DNA of 62,599 bases. Origin: an uncultured virus (IMG/VR IMGVR_UViG_3300003937_000141). Lineage: Duplodnaviria; Heunggongvirae; Uroviricota; Caudoviricetes. Positions 9,962 through 18,595 of this stretch are shown one piece after another. The stretch is from IMG/VR virus record IMGVR_UViG_3300003937_000141; one strand, 5' to 3'. Position numbers and translations under genes: made by a program. Under the pieces are notes generated by a model. That model was not told the origin of the DNA. It did no database searches and saw only the letters and a list, made by a program, of their open reading frames with translations. Within the stretch, counting starts at the first letter, position 1, and each line of letters begins with the position of its first letter.

Positions 9962-10818
9962 GCTAATAAATTTTTTACTTTGTCTTTGTTACGATTATCT
10001 GTTAAGCACCACGCAGGTCTTTTCCAATAGATAGGACCACCATCTTTAAAGGATTTATCTCTTAAATAAATGACTTCTTTTCCTAACCATTTGCATTCTT
10101 GTATAATTCTAGGTGCAGGATCAAAATTAGGTTTAGTATAAACATATGTATCAAACAGACCTAATAAGTTTTTCACAGGAACAAAAACGTGATTACGTTT
10201 TTCATTTATATATTTGTCTTTGTATGCTAGAATACCGTGTGAAGGATAGTCTTTGATATGTTTTTCAACCTCTCTATAATATGTTCTATTTGTTCCTAGA
10301 AATAGATATTTAAATTTTATATCATCTACTACAGGTTTGTATATACTAAAGTTAATTATTTTTTCAAATTGTTCACCAACACCATTTACATATACTTCGT
10401 GGTCACATAAATTGACAACTTGCTTTGGTTTAAAATGTTCAAGTGCTAAAGGATATTCCTTTGGATGATTTTCTGAATATACAGAAATAAGTTTACCACC
10501 AAACACCTGATGTAGTGTTAATTTTTGTTCTTCACTATAAGTATTATAATCCAAGTATGCTAAAGTAATTTGACTTCTACCCATAATCAATGTTATGTCA
10601 TTTGAGTGAGAAATAAAATTATTAAATATAACATTTTCGTACTTGGAATACGACTCATAAATGGCGTCTATATAGTCCTGCTCTGTATGTTTTTTATTGG
10701 GTATGATTATAAGTTTTGCATTTATGCCTTGGTCGTTGAGATAACAACAATGTTCGTAACTATAATGAAACAGTCCGTCACCAGGCTTACTTGTACATAC
10801 TAAATTAACATTTTTCAT
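9943..10818 (-). CDS. hypothetical protein, possibly GT-B glycosyltransferase-like; first gene of minus operon
   Basis: C-terminal FDPAPRIIQEC resembles the GT-B nucleotide-binding region; weak. Confidence 0.5.
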   Translation of the reverse strand: MKNVNLVCTSKPGDGLFHYSYEHCCYLNDQGINAKLIIIPNKKHTEQDYIDAIYESYSKYENVIFNNFISHSNDITLIMGRSQITLAYLDYNTYSEEQKLTLHQVFGGKLISVYSENHPKEYPLALEHFKPKQVVNLCDHEVYVNGVGEQFEKIINFSIYKPVVDDIKFKYLFLGTNRTYYREVEKHIKDYPSHGILAYKDKYINEKRNHVFVPVKNLLGLFDTYVYTKPNFDPAPRIIQECKWLGKEVIYLRDKSFKDGGPIYWKRPAWCLTDNRNKDKVKNLLAWIEKL

Positions 10819-10832
10819 AACTCATTATAACA

Positions 10833-10848
10833 TATTTATGTATAAATA
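10833..10848. promoter_or_regulatory. back-to-back T4-type late promoters (CATAAATA on -, TATAAATA on +)
   Basis: TATTTATGTATAAATA between divergent operons. Confidence 0.7.
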
Positions 10849-10898
10849 TCAATAGAGCACTTATAAGTTATGCCAGATAATTTGACAAAGGAGTTGAA

Positions 10899-11243
10899 AT
10901 GAGTTGTTTAGAAATACTAGTAGCAATCACATTACATTTAGGCCTAGAAGGCGATTATAATAACATCCATCCACACGGTAGATGTACGATAGATAATTGG
11001 ATTTCTGGTGCATATTATAATAGTGAGGAAAATGTTAGTTTATATGTTGGTAAAAAAATACCTAATGTAGATTATAATTGGGATTTAGAAATAGGTTTAG
11101 TTACAGGTTATAGTGGTGCTAAAGTTGCACCAATGATACGATACATTAATGATGGATGGTTTGTTGCACCTTCTTATGAAACGACACACGGTGGTAATAT
11201 AGGAGTAACATTAGGTTATGAATTTAAGTTGGGTGGTCATTAA
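10899..11243 (+). CDS. small beta-barrel-like protein (PagP-like, tentative)
   Basis: AAGGAG SD; alternating beta strands, GAYYNS, EIGLVTGY, terminal LGYEF. Confidence 0.5.
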   Translation: MSCLEILVAITLHLGLEGDYNNIHPHGRCTIDNWISGAYYNSEENVSLYVGKKIPNVDYNWDLEIGLVTGYSGAKVAPMIRYINDGWFVAPSYETTHGGNIGVTLGYEFKLGGH

Positions 11244-11485
11244 TGAAAGTGAGAGATGAGATATTAACAATATTAATGGAAGAGTGTGCTGAAACTAGTA
11301 TTGAGTGTAGTAAGGTGATCCGTTTTAATATTGATAATACAGAAAGACTTGAAAAAGAATTAGGTGATGTGTTAATGATGGTAGAAATATTATCTGAAAA
11401 TAAAATAGTATCAATGCAACGCATAAGAGAAGCATCCCAACAGAAAAGAGAAAAACTTAAAACTTGGAGTAAGATACCTTTATGA
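11243..11485 (+). CDS. MazG-like all-alpha NTP pyrophosphohydrolase
   Basis: EECAE...ELGDV motif. Confidence 0.75.
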   Translation: MKVRDEILTILMEECAETSIECSKVIRFNIDNTERLEKELGDVLMMVEILSENKIVSMQRIREASQQKREKLKTWSKIPL

Positions 11486-12135
11486 GTACTGAAACAAGAA
11501 GTAACAAAGCACTTCAAAGACTTTCGTTTATGGGTGATTGGTTACAAATGAAACAACGTATTGATACAAGACAAATAATGAAAGACCTTGAGCCTTATAA
11601 AGAGGATTGGAAACCTTACAATTTAAGAAACTCAAACAATAGGTGGGGATTAAGTATTACTAGTTTAGATGGTGGTTTAAGTGGCGTACCTGATTTAGAT
11701 AGTTTACTACAATATAATAAATTAAATAAAACTAATATTACAAATCATCATATAAAAAAATACACCGAAGTATATAAGAACTCGGAAGAACTACAGAAAC
11801 TTATCGCACCTTGGAAAGATTGGTTAGGTAGATGTCATTTTCTAAAACTAAACACAGGTGGATATTTTCCTGAACATTATGATATAAACAAAATAGAATA
11901 TGGTTTTGATGAAATAAGATTAATTGCTTTTATTAATAACTGTAATAAAAAAGATTTAAAATTTATCTATGAGGATACAGTTAGAGATGTAGAAGATGGC
12001 ACGTTATATTATTTTAACGCAAATAAAAGACATTCAGTCTTTAGTACTTCAGACGATATAATAATGGTAGTTTTTTGTATGAAGTTTGATGACACATTGT
12101 TTGAAAAATTAATAGAAGAATATAGGTTTGCATAA
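11482..12135 (+). CDS. 2OG-Fe(II) oxygenase (AspH-like)
   Basis: GGYFPEHYD (HxD), RLIAF, distal H in KRHSVF. Confidence 0.7.
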   Translation: MSTETRSNKALQRLSFMGDWLQMKQRIDTRQIMKDLEPYKEDWKPYNLRNSNNRWGLSITSLDGGLSGVPDLDSLLQYNKLNKTNITNHHIKKYTEVYKNSEELQKLIAPWKDWLGRCHFLKLNTGGYFPEHYDINKIEYGFDEIRLIAFINNCNKKDLKFIYEDTVRDVEDGTLYYFNANKRHSVFSTSDDIIMVVFCMKFDDTLFEKLIEEYRFA

Positions 12136-12665
12136 TGTGGTATCATAGAAAATTTAAATTACGATATGACGCTAACGTGTTCAATGATATAATTGAATAT
12201 GCTAAAACAGCAGAATGGAAACAAGGTTACGATCAAAATGGTTTAATATGGAACATTGAAGAACTGCCTTTAAAACCTGAACAGTTTCCTATACTAAATG
12301 AATTATACGAAGGTCTAAATGCAGAATTTAAAAGACCTTCTTTTTTCCTCAGCAATGTAAAACCAGGTGGGTTAGTAAATCATATAGACCATAACAAATG
12401 GGGTAATCTTGGTATACCAATACTAGGAGATTTTAAAAATACACCTCAATATTTTTACGACCAATTCAATCATCCTGTAGAGTCATTTATAAATGATAGT
12501 CCTGTTATATTCAACACACGTATGCTACACGCTGTGCCTAGAGAATTAGACGACACAGGACCGAGATGGATTTTAATGATGGATTTATTTGATTGGGTTG
12601 ATAAGTTATTTGCTAAAGTTGATAATAAAACAATATGGACAGACACAAAGAATTTTAATGCGTAA
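12135..12665 (+). CDS. 2OG-Fe(II) oxygenase
   Basis: PGGLVNHID...LHAVP...R. Confidence 0.7.
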   Translation: MWYHRKFKLRYDANVFNDIIEYAKTAEWKQGYDQNGLIWNIEELPLKPEQFPILNELYEGLNAEFKRPSFFLSNVKPGGLVNHIDHNKWGNLGIPILGDFKNTPQYFYDQFNHPVESFINDSPVIFNTRMLHAVPRELDDTGPRWILMMDLFDWVDKLFAKVDNKTIWTDTKNFNA

Positions 12666-14349
12666 CTTTTATTTTTTACAATTACCTTTGACAAGTGACG
12701 CTGCTTGTTTACCTCAAGCAATAGGTACTATATGGAGTTATTGTGAACAATTTAAAGAAGTAAATACAAAATATAGACTTTCAGGTGTATGGTGGATAGA
12801 AAAGATAGACATAATTGAGCCAGACGTTGTGGCTGCAAGTTGTTATATGTGGAACTGGAAAGAAACATATGAAGTATTAAAAGATGTAAGACGTAGGTAT
12901 CCTAAATGTAAAATAATTGTAGGTGGTCCTGATCCACAATATACATCTGAATGGTGTAAAAAGCATCCTGAAATAGACGCTGTGATGGCATACTATGGTG
13001 AAGAAACTATGAGAAGATTTTTAGTTGAGGACAATTTAGATATACCTGGTATAGTTACTAAAGATTTTAACAATGCAGCTCAGGCAGAATATGCTGATCC
13101 TAAAATGATTCCTAGTCCATATCTAAATGGATTCTTTGATAGGTTATTAAAAGGTGATTGGAGTACTAAAAAATTCCGCTATAATAAGAAACCAATTAGA
13201 GTAATATTTGAAGGTAATAGAGGTTGTCCTTATACTTGTTCCTTCTGTGATATTGGTCACAAGAAATATACTAAAATACAAATGTTTGATACAGAAAAAT
13301 GTTTACAAGAATTGCAATGGATGTGTGAAAAAAATGTAAGTTCCATAGATGTTGCTGATAGTAACTTTGGTATATTTCCTAGAGATGAAAAATTTGTAGA
13401 TTATATAGTATCACAAAAAAAACTTGGTGTCTTTAATGGTAGATTTATGCCTACTTGGGCAAAAACACACGGTGACAAAATAATCAGATTAGCAAAAAAA
13501 TTGCAAGACGGTGATGTAGATGAGATATTTGGATTTAGTTTACAAAGTACAAATCCTGAAACTTTAACTAAAATAAAAAGAAGAAATGCGTTTGATATAA
13601 AAGACTTTAGACCTATTATAAAAGATTTAAAAAAGGATGGTGTTTCATCATATACTGAATTAATATTCCCTTTACCAGGAGATACACTTGAAACATTTAA
13701 AAATGGTTTACACGAAATAGTTAATATGCCTGCACCGTTTGATATGATACAAATTAATACATTAAGTAGATTAAGTAATACAGAATTTAATACTGGATTT
13801 CCTGAAATGAAATGGAAGAATATAAAAGGTACTGCAAAACCATATAACAATGATGTTATAGATGAGATTGCTGTTGCAACAGACACAATGACAGAAGAGG
13901 AAGTGTTTGAAGGATTTTTCTATAGTAGAAGTTTTATTATACCAATGTATTGGTATGGTCTATCAAAATATTTAGCAGATTGTTATTATGATATTAATAA
14001 CAATAGAAGTGAATTATATAAAAACATTTATAATAATTTATTTCAACAAAAGGTATTTTCTGATCATAAGTTGGAAGTAAAAGAACATTACTTTAAAGCA
14101 ATAAACGATTATAAAGATATTGGATATAAGATACTTATTGATGATATAAATTACTATACAGATACAGCTTATTCTCATTTGTTTTATGTTGAGAATAATA
14201 TATTTGGTACGCTAAAAGAAATGTATCCTGAATATGATGAAATTATTGACCAAAATAGAAATGATTTCAGACCTATTTTTGATAAAAAGGAATGGCTACG
14301 GGATATTCACGTAAGAGGAAGATTTGGCGAATCTTGGAAAGATGTATAA
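12658..14349 (+). CDS. cobalamin-binding radical SAM enzyme (class B methyltransferase-like)
   Basis: SCYMWN, IIVGGP and GEET (B12 domain); SPYL; RGCPYTCSFC; DSNFG; ELIFPLPGDT. Confidence 0.85.
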   Translation: MRNFYFLQLPLTSDAACLPQAIGTIWSYCEQFKEVNTKYRLSGVWWIEKIDIIEPDVVAASCYMWNWKETYEVLKDVRRRYPKCKIIVGGPDPQYTSEWCKKHPEIDAVMAYYGEETMRRFLVEDNLDIPGIVTKDFNNAAQAEYADPKMIPSPYLNGFFDRLLKGDWSTKKFRYNKKPIRVIFEGNRGCPYTCSFCDIGHKKYTKIQMFDTEKCLQELQWMCEKNVSSIDVADSNFGIFPRDEKFVDYIVSQKKLGVFNGRFMPTWAKTHGDKIIRLAKKLQDGDVDEIFGFSLQSTNPETLTKIKRRNAFDIKDFRPIIKDLKKDGVSSYTELIFPLPGDTLETFKNGLHEIVNMPAPFDMIQINTLSRLSNTEFNTGFPEMKWKNIKGTAKPYNNDVIDEIAVATDTMTEEEVFEGFFYSRSFIIPMYWYGLSKYLADCYYDINNNRSELYKNIYNNLFQQKVFSDHKLEVKEHYFKAINDYKDIGYKILIDDINYYTDTAYSHLFYVENNIFGTLKEMYPEYDEIIDQNRNDFRPIFDKKEWLRDIHVRGRFGESWKDV

Positions 14350-14960
14350 TGTTAATTGAACAAGGTAAATTTTATGTTAAATGTCATAACATATATTACA
14401 ACCAACAATGGTTAGTTGATGTGTTAGATAGTTTATCTCCTAAAGATTGGGTAGATGGTGTTAGCACAACAGGTGTGGCATGGACAGTTAGTGAATGTAG
14501 AACTATTCCATACGAAGGAATGTGGAAAGATATTGTAGAAAATATTAATTTAGATACTGTAGGAAGCTCAGAAAGAGGACTAGAAGATAAAAAACCTTGG
14601 TGTTTCTTTTCTAAATTACCACCAGGTGGTATCAATCTTCATTATGACCATAGACGTTGGGGTGCTATACTATTTCCTGTAAGAGGTAAGTTTGAACTTA
14701 CGCCTCAAATATTTGCAACTGAAAATTATACAGAAATAGAAAGATTTAATTTTGAGAAAAGTAAAATACATAACAATGGTACACCAGTATTTTTTGACAG
14801 CAGAGTTTTACACGCTGTACCTACACCTATAGATGATGAGGAAGAAAGAGTTGTATTTTCTGTCAACATACACTCACACCCTACAGAAATGTATAAGAAG
14901 GCAATAGATGGAACTTGGTTAAATAAAAATACAGAAAATATAGGAGTATCAAATGACTAA
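14349..14960 (+). CDS. 2OG-Fe(II) oxygenase
   Basis: PPGGINLHYD...LHAVP...ERVVFS; TAATG coupling. Confidence 0.7.
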   Translation: MLIEQGKFYVKCHNIYYNQQWLVDVLDSLSPKDWVDGVSTTGVAWTVSECRTIPYEGMWKDIVENINLDTVGSSERGLEDKKPWCFFSKLPPGGINLHYDHRRWGAILFPVRGKFELTPQIFATENYTEIERFNFEKSKIHNNGTPVFFDSRVLHAVPTPIDDEEERVVFSVNIHSHPTEMYKKAIDGTWLNKNTENIGVSND

Positions 14961-15555
14961 TTTCTATTCTATACAAGCAGATAAATTAAAGTTTGATAGA
15001 GATATGCTGGTTGACTTTTATAAAACTGTGGATCAAACTAAATGGATACATAGACAGGACAAGTTACCTCAATATTGGCCTATAGATGAAAATAATAGTT
15101 TTGATCGTAACCATGAATTTTATAAACTACTCGTAGAGAATATCAATGTTGATGTAGATGAAAATAGAATATATTTTAGTAGAGTACATCCTGGTGGTAT
15201 ACCAAATCATTGGGACTTTGAAAATTTTACTAAATTACAATTTCCAGTTATTTGTGATGAGAAGAATGATGACTGGTCTAAAACACCAGTAATTTTTATA
15301 GACCAATTTGATCAAACTGTAGAGCGTGTAGAACATACAAATAATACACCTCTACTTTATAGTGCTAATTATATGCACGGTACAATTAAATCTTTAGATA
15401 ACCATAATGATAGAATAACATTTGTTGTTGATTTAAAATTTTGGTTTGAAAGAGTTAGGATAAAGTATAACGAGGGTACTTTATTTACGAATAACAAAGC
15501 GTTTTCTTGGAGTGACACCACGTTTGTTATGGACGAGGACCCACTCGTTAATTAA
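14953..15555 (+). CDS. 2OG-Fe(II) oxygenase
   Basis: HPGGIPNHWD...MHGT...DRITF. Confidence 0.7.
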   Translation: MTNFYSIQADKLKFDRDMLVDFYKTVDQTKWIHRQDKLPQYWPIDENNSFDRNHEFYKLLVENINVDVDENRIYFSRVHPGGIPNHWDFENFTKLQFPVICDEKNDDWSKTPVIFIDQFDQTVERVEHTNNTPLLYSANYMHGTIKSLDNHNDRITFVVDLKFWFERVRIKYNEGTLFTNNKAFSWSDTTFVMDEDPLVN

Positions 15556-15584
15556 GAGATAAGTATAATATAGAAAAGGAAACA

Positions 15585-15785
15585 ATGAAAAAAATAGTAA
15601 TGATAATAGGAACACTTTTAATAACAGCTGCAATAGCAGGTTGTTCTATACCTAAAAATCCAAAACTAACTTTTGGTAAGAAGTGTGTAGATAAAGGTGA
15701 AAATATTGTATATTCATATGTATGGTTATATGATAAAGAAGGTGGCTTAGAAGCCAACGAAGATACTTGTAAAAAGATTGACTAA
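15585..15785 (+). CDS. small lipoprotein
   Basis: MKK + hydrophobic core + IAGC lipobox; AAGGA SD. Confidence 0.7.
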   Translation: MKKIVMIIGTLLITAAIAGCSIPKNPKLTFGKKCVDKGENIVYSYVWLYDKEGGLEANEDTCKKID

Positions 15786-15816
15786 ATAACAACACTAGTT
15801 TATTGTGAGGTATATT

Positions 15817-16323
15817 ATGATGAGATTGATTATGACATTTTTATGTATTTCAGGCGTTCTTGCCTTGGGAAGGATAATTCCACATCCCCCAAATTTCACA
15901 CCAATATTAGCTACAGCAATCTATACTCCATATTTGATTAATGATAGATGGATTGCAATGGCTATTCCTTTGTTAGCAATGTTTATTGCTGATATAGTTA
16001 TAGGTTTTCATCCATATATGTTATGGGTATATGGTGCGATAGGTTTATCAACTTTAATTAGTGATTGGTCAATGCAGTTTAATAAAAAGTATATTCAATT
16101 AGGTGCAATGGCAATTGTATCTTCTGTATTATTTTTTATCATAACAAATTTTGCAGTATGGACTATGTGGGATTATTATCCAAAAACAATTGATGGTTTA
16201 ATAATGTGCTATACAATGGCAATACCTTTTTTTAAAAATACATTATTAGGAACTATAGTATATACATCACTTATAGTATTAACAGTTCAGAAAGGAATGA
16301 AATATGCGAAAAATTATATTTAA
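15817..16323 (+). CDS. DUF6580-type membrane protein (ECF S-component/BtuM-like putative transporter)
   Basis: RIIPHPPNFTPI, multiple TM helices, FFIITNFAVW, CYTMAIPFF. Confidence 0.7.
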   Translation: MMRLIMTFLCISGVLALGRIIPHPPNFTPILATAIYTPYLINDRWIAMAIPLLAMFIADIVIGFHPYMLWVYGAIGLSTLISDWSMQFNKKYIQLGAMAIVSSVLFFIITNFAVWTMWDYYPKTIDGLIMCYTMAIPFFKNTLLGTIVYTSLIVLTVQKGMKYAKNYI

Positions 16324-16489
16324 AATAATTTTGTTAATGGGATTAGTAGGCTGTTCAAGTCATACATTCGCACCAGATACAACGACATTAAAATATGGTC
16401 AAACTGGCCAAGATGGTGATGGTGTTAATGGTGATTACGATTCAAATAATTTTGCCATTACACAAACGTTTAAATGGTCAAAACAGTAA
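16304..16489 (+). CDS. small lipoprotein
   Basis: MRK + hydrophobic core + LVGC lipobox; AAGGA SD. Confidence 0.65.
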   Translation: MRKIIFKIILLMGLVGCSSHTFAPDTTTLKYGQTGQDGDGVNGDYDSNNFAITQTFKWSKQ

Positions 16490-16503
16490 GGTAGTTTTTA
16501 ATA

Positions 16504-17793
16504 ATGCCACCCGATCTTATACTTTGGGCAATAATTGGTACCTTTAGTGGTGTATTATTTGGTCTTATACCTGGTGCAGGAGCTTTTATTGCAACAGCAA
16601 TTTTATATCCTTGGTTAACTGATATATCTTCCATCAATGTTATGATGTATTATGTAACAGTTTTGATAGCGACACAATATACAAATAGTGTTACAGCAAT
16701 TCTATATGGTATACCTGGTGACGCAGCTGCTATGGTTACAGCCCGAAATGGACATAGACTATTCTTAAAAGGTTTTGGTCACTTAGCCGTGACTAGTAAT
16801 GCAGTCAGCAGTACAGTTGGAGTTATATTTGCAACAACTGTTTTTATTTTAATATTACCCACAGTTATAGAAGTGTTTAGATTTTATAATAGTGTACTAC
16901 AAACTTTTATTATTGCAGCTGTAATATTAATGATTACTTTTTTAACTAAACAAAACAAATTGATAACAATATCATTTTTTGCATTGGGAGGTATACTTGC
17001 AAAAATAGGTGTTGATGGTGTTACATTTGATAAATTTCTAGTGTTTAATAATTCATATTTGGCAATAGGTGTACCTTTTGCAAGTGTGATGATTGGGTTG
17101 TATATTGTACCTGAATTATTAAGATTGAAAAGTTTTAAAATTGAAACACCTAAACGTATAAATACTTTTACAGTTGGTAAAGATACAACTACGCCTACAC
17201 TCATAGGATGCTTCGTAGGTTTTTGGTGTGGTCTTGTACCAGGTGTTACAAATATTCTTGGCAGTTATGCTAGTGCAAATATTGTTAAACGGTTTTTCAA
17301 AAAACCAGTACTAAAAAGCATAGCAGCCGCAGAGGCAGCAAATAATAGTGGCGCTCTAAGCTCACTCTTGCCTTTGCTTATACTAGCGATACCTATCACA
17401 GGTAGTGAAGTGTTGATATTTTATATTATGTTAGAAAATGGTTTTACTTTCAACGCTACAAATACAGTTAATAAATTAGGAGATATAATTTATATTATTC
17501 CTTTTGTTACTGTTTTTTGCCTTTGGTTAAGTTGGTATGGCTTCAATCTGTTAGGAAAGATTGCATATTACTATAAGAGATATAGAAATATTGCCAATCT
17601 CATTCTCCTCTCTACAATCGGTACAGTAAGTATTTTAATATTTCCAAAGCACGAATGGATGTTAATTTGCATACTTACTCTTTCTGCTATCGGTTTTTTA
17701 CTCAAACGCTGGGATACAAGTCCTGTTATATATGGATATTTCTTAAGCGATTTATTTTACGAAAATTTAATTAGAACACTAATTATCTTATAA
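16504..17793 (+). CDS. tctA: tripartite tricarboxylate transporter permease TctA
   Basis: GLIPG...TAILYGIPG and second repeat GLVPG...IAAAEAANNS...LPLLILAIP; many TM helices. Confidence 0.85.
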   Translation: MPPDLILWAIIGTFSGVLFGLIPGAGAFIATAILYPWLTDISSINVMMYYVTVLIATQYTNSVTAILYGIPGDAAAMVTARNGHRLFLKGFGHLAVTSNAVSSTVGVIFATTVFILILPTVIEVFRFYNSVLQTFIIAAVILMITFLTKQNKLITISFFALGGILAKIGVDGVTFDKFLVFNNSYLAIGVPFASVMIGLYIVPELLRLKSFKIETPKRINTFTVGKDTTTPTLIGCFVGFWCGLVPGVTNILGSYASANIVKRFFKKPVLKSIAAAEAANNSGALSSLLPLLILAIPITGSEVLIFYIMLENGFTFNATNTVNKLGDIIYIIPFVTVFCLWLSWYGFNLLGKIAYYYKRYRNIANLILLSTIGTVSILIFPKHEWMLICILTLSAIGFLLKRWDTSPVIYGYFLSDLFYENLIRTLIIL

Positions 17794-17809
17794 TAAAAAA
17801 GGAAAAAAA

Positions 17810-18595
17810 ATGAAAAAAATAATGATGATACTATTGAGTATGTTTATAACAACCTCTTTGTACGCTCAAGTAACAATAGTGAACCCAGGTTCAAGCGAAG
17901 GTGCGTTTAGACAAGTACTCACAACAATAGGTTCAACATTTGACCACGACTTTGTTCAGGCTCATAATCCAGTTACTGCTTATTCTTACATAGATGGAGC
18001 AGTTGACGGTACTGAACCAATGTTAACTGTTTGGTCTAGTGAATGGCCAGGTGATGATAGTTTACAAAGTCCAAAAATATCTAAAGATAATATAATTGCT
18101 TTGATGACATATGAAACGCTTATATGTAGCAGACAATTCAATTCATTAGAAGATATGGGTGGTAAAACTGTTAAGATTGCAACGTGGGGAAGTGAACCTG
18201 TTGCAAAATTTTTAAATAATTTAGGTGCAAAGTATGATGTTAATTTTGTAGTTGTGCCTTATGGTGGAAGCGGAAGTACAACAAAAGGTTATATTGGCAA
18301 AGACGCTAATACAGTCTTTACAATTACTTCACGCCAATCCGCATTGGAAGAAGATACGTCAACAAAATGTATTGCCTTTTCTGAACACGGTGATTTCGGT
18401 TTTAGATTTTTAGACGCTATTATTACTGTCAATGCTAATGACGCCTTGGTTAATGAATTACGTTCTACTGTAACAAACCTCTCTAATACTGACGAGTGGA
18501 AAAGTAAATTCAAAGGCTCTGTAATTTACATAGGTAACGGCACAGATAAAACAATTAATATGTTTGAAGAAGCTGTTTTAAACTTTAGTAAGTAA
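17810..18595 (+). CDS. tctC: TctC/Bug-like periplasmic substrate-binding protein (divergent)
   Basis: signal peptide, IVNPGS.GA loop, VPYGGSG motif; adjacent to tctA. Confidence 0.65.
   Translation: MKKIMMILLSMFITTSLYAQVTIVNPGSSEGAFRQVLTTIGSTFDHDFVQAHNPVTAYSYIDGAVDGTEPMLTVWSSEWPGDDSLQSPKISKDNIIALMTYETLICSRQFNSLEDMGGKTVKIATWGSEPVAKFLNNLGAKYDVNFVVVPYGGSGSTTKGYIGKDANTVFTITSRQSALEEDTSTKCIAFSEHGDFGFRFLDAIITVNANDALVNELRSTVTNLSNTDEWKSKFKGSVIYIGNGTDKTINMFEEAVLNFSK

Noticed and set aside
12589..12657. ORF-track upstream starts (also 596, 2419, 14292, 15805, 20373, 20743, 44433, 56958, 59142)
   Set aside because: Downstream ATGs fit SD, coupling or promoter geometry better, so the starts were adjusted
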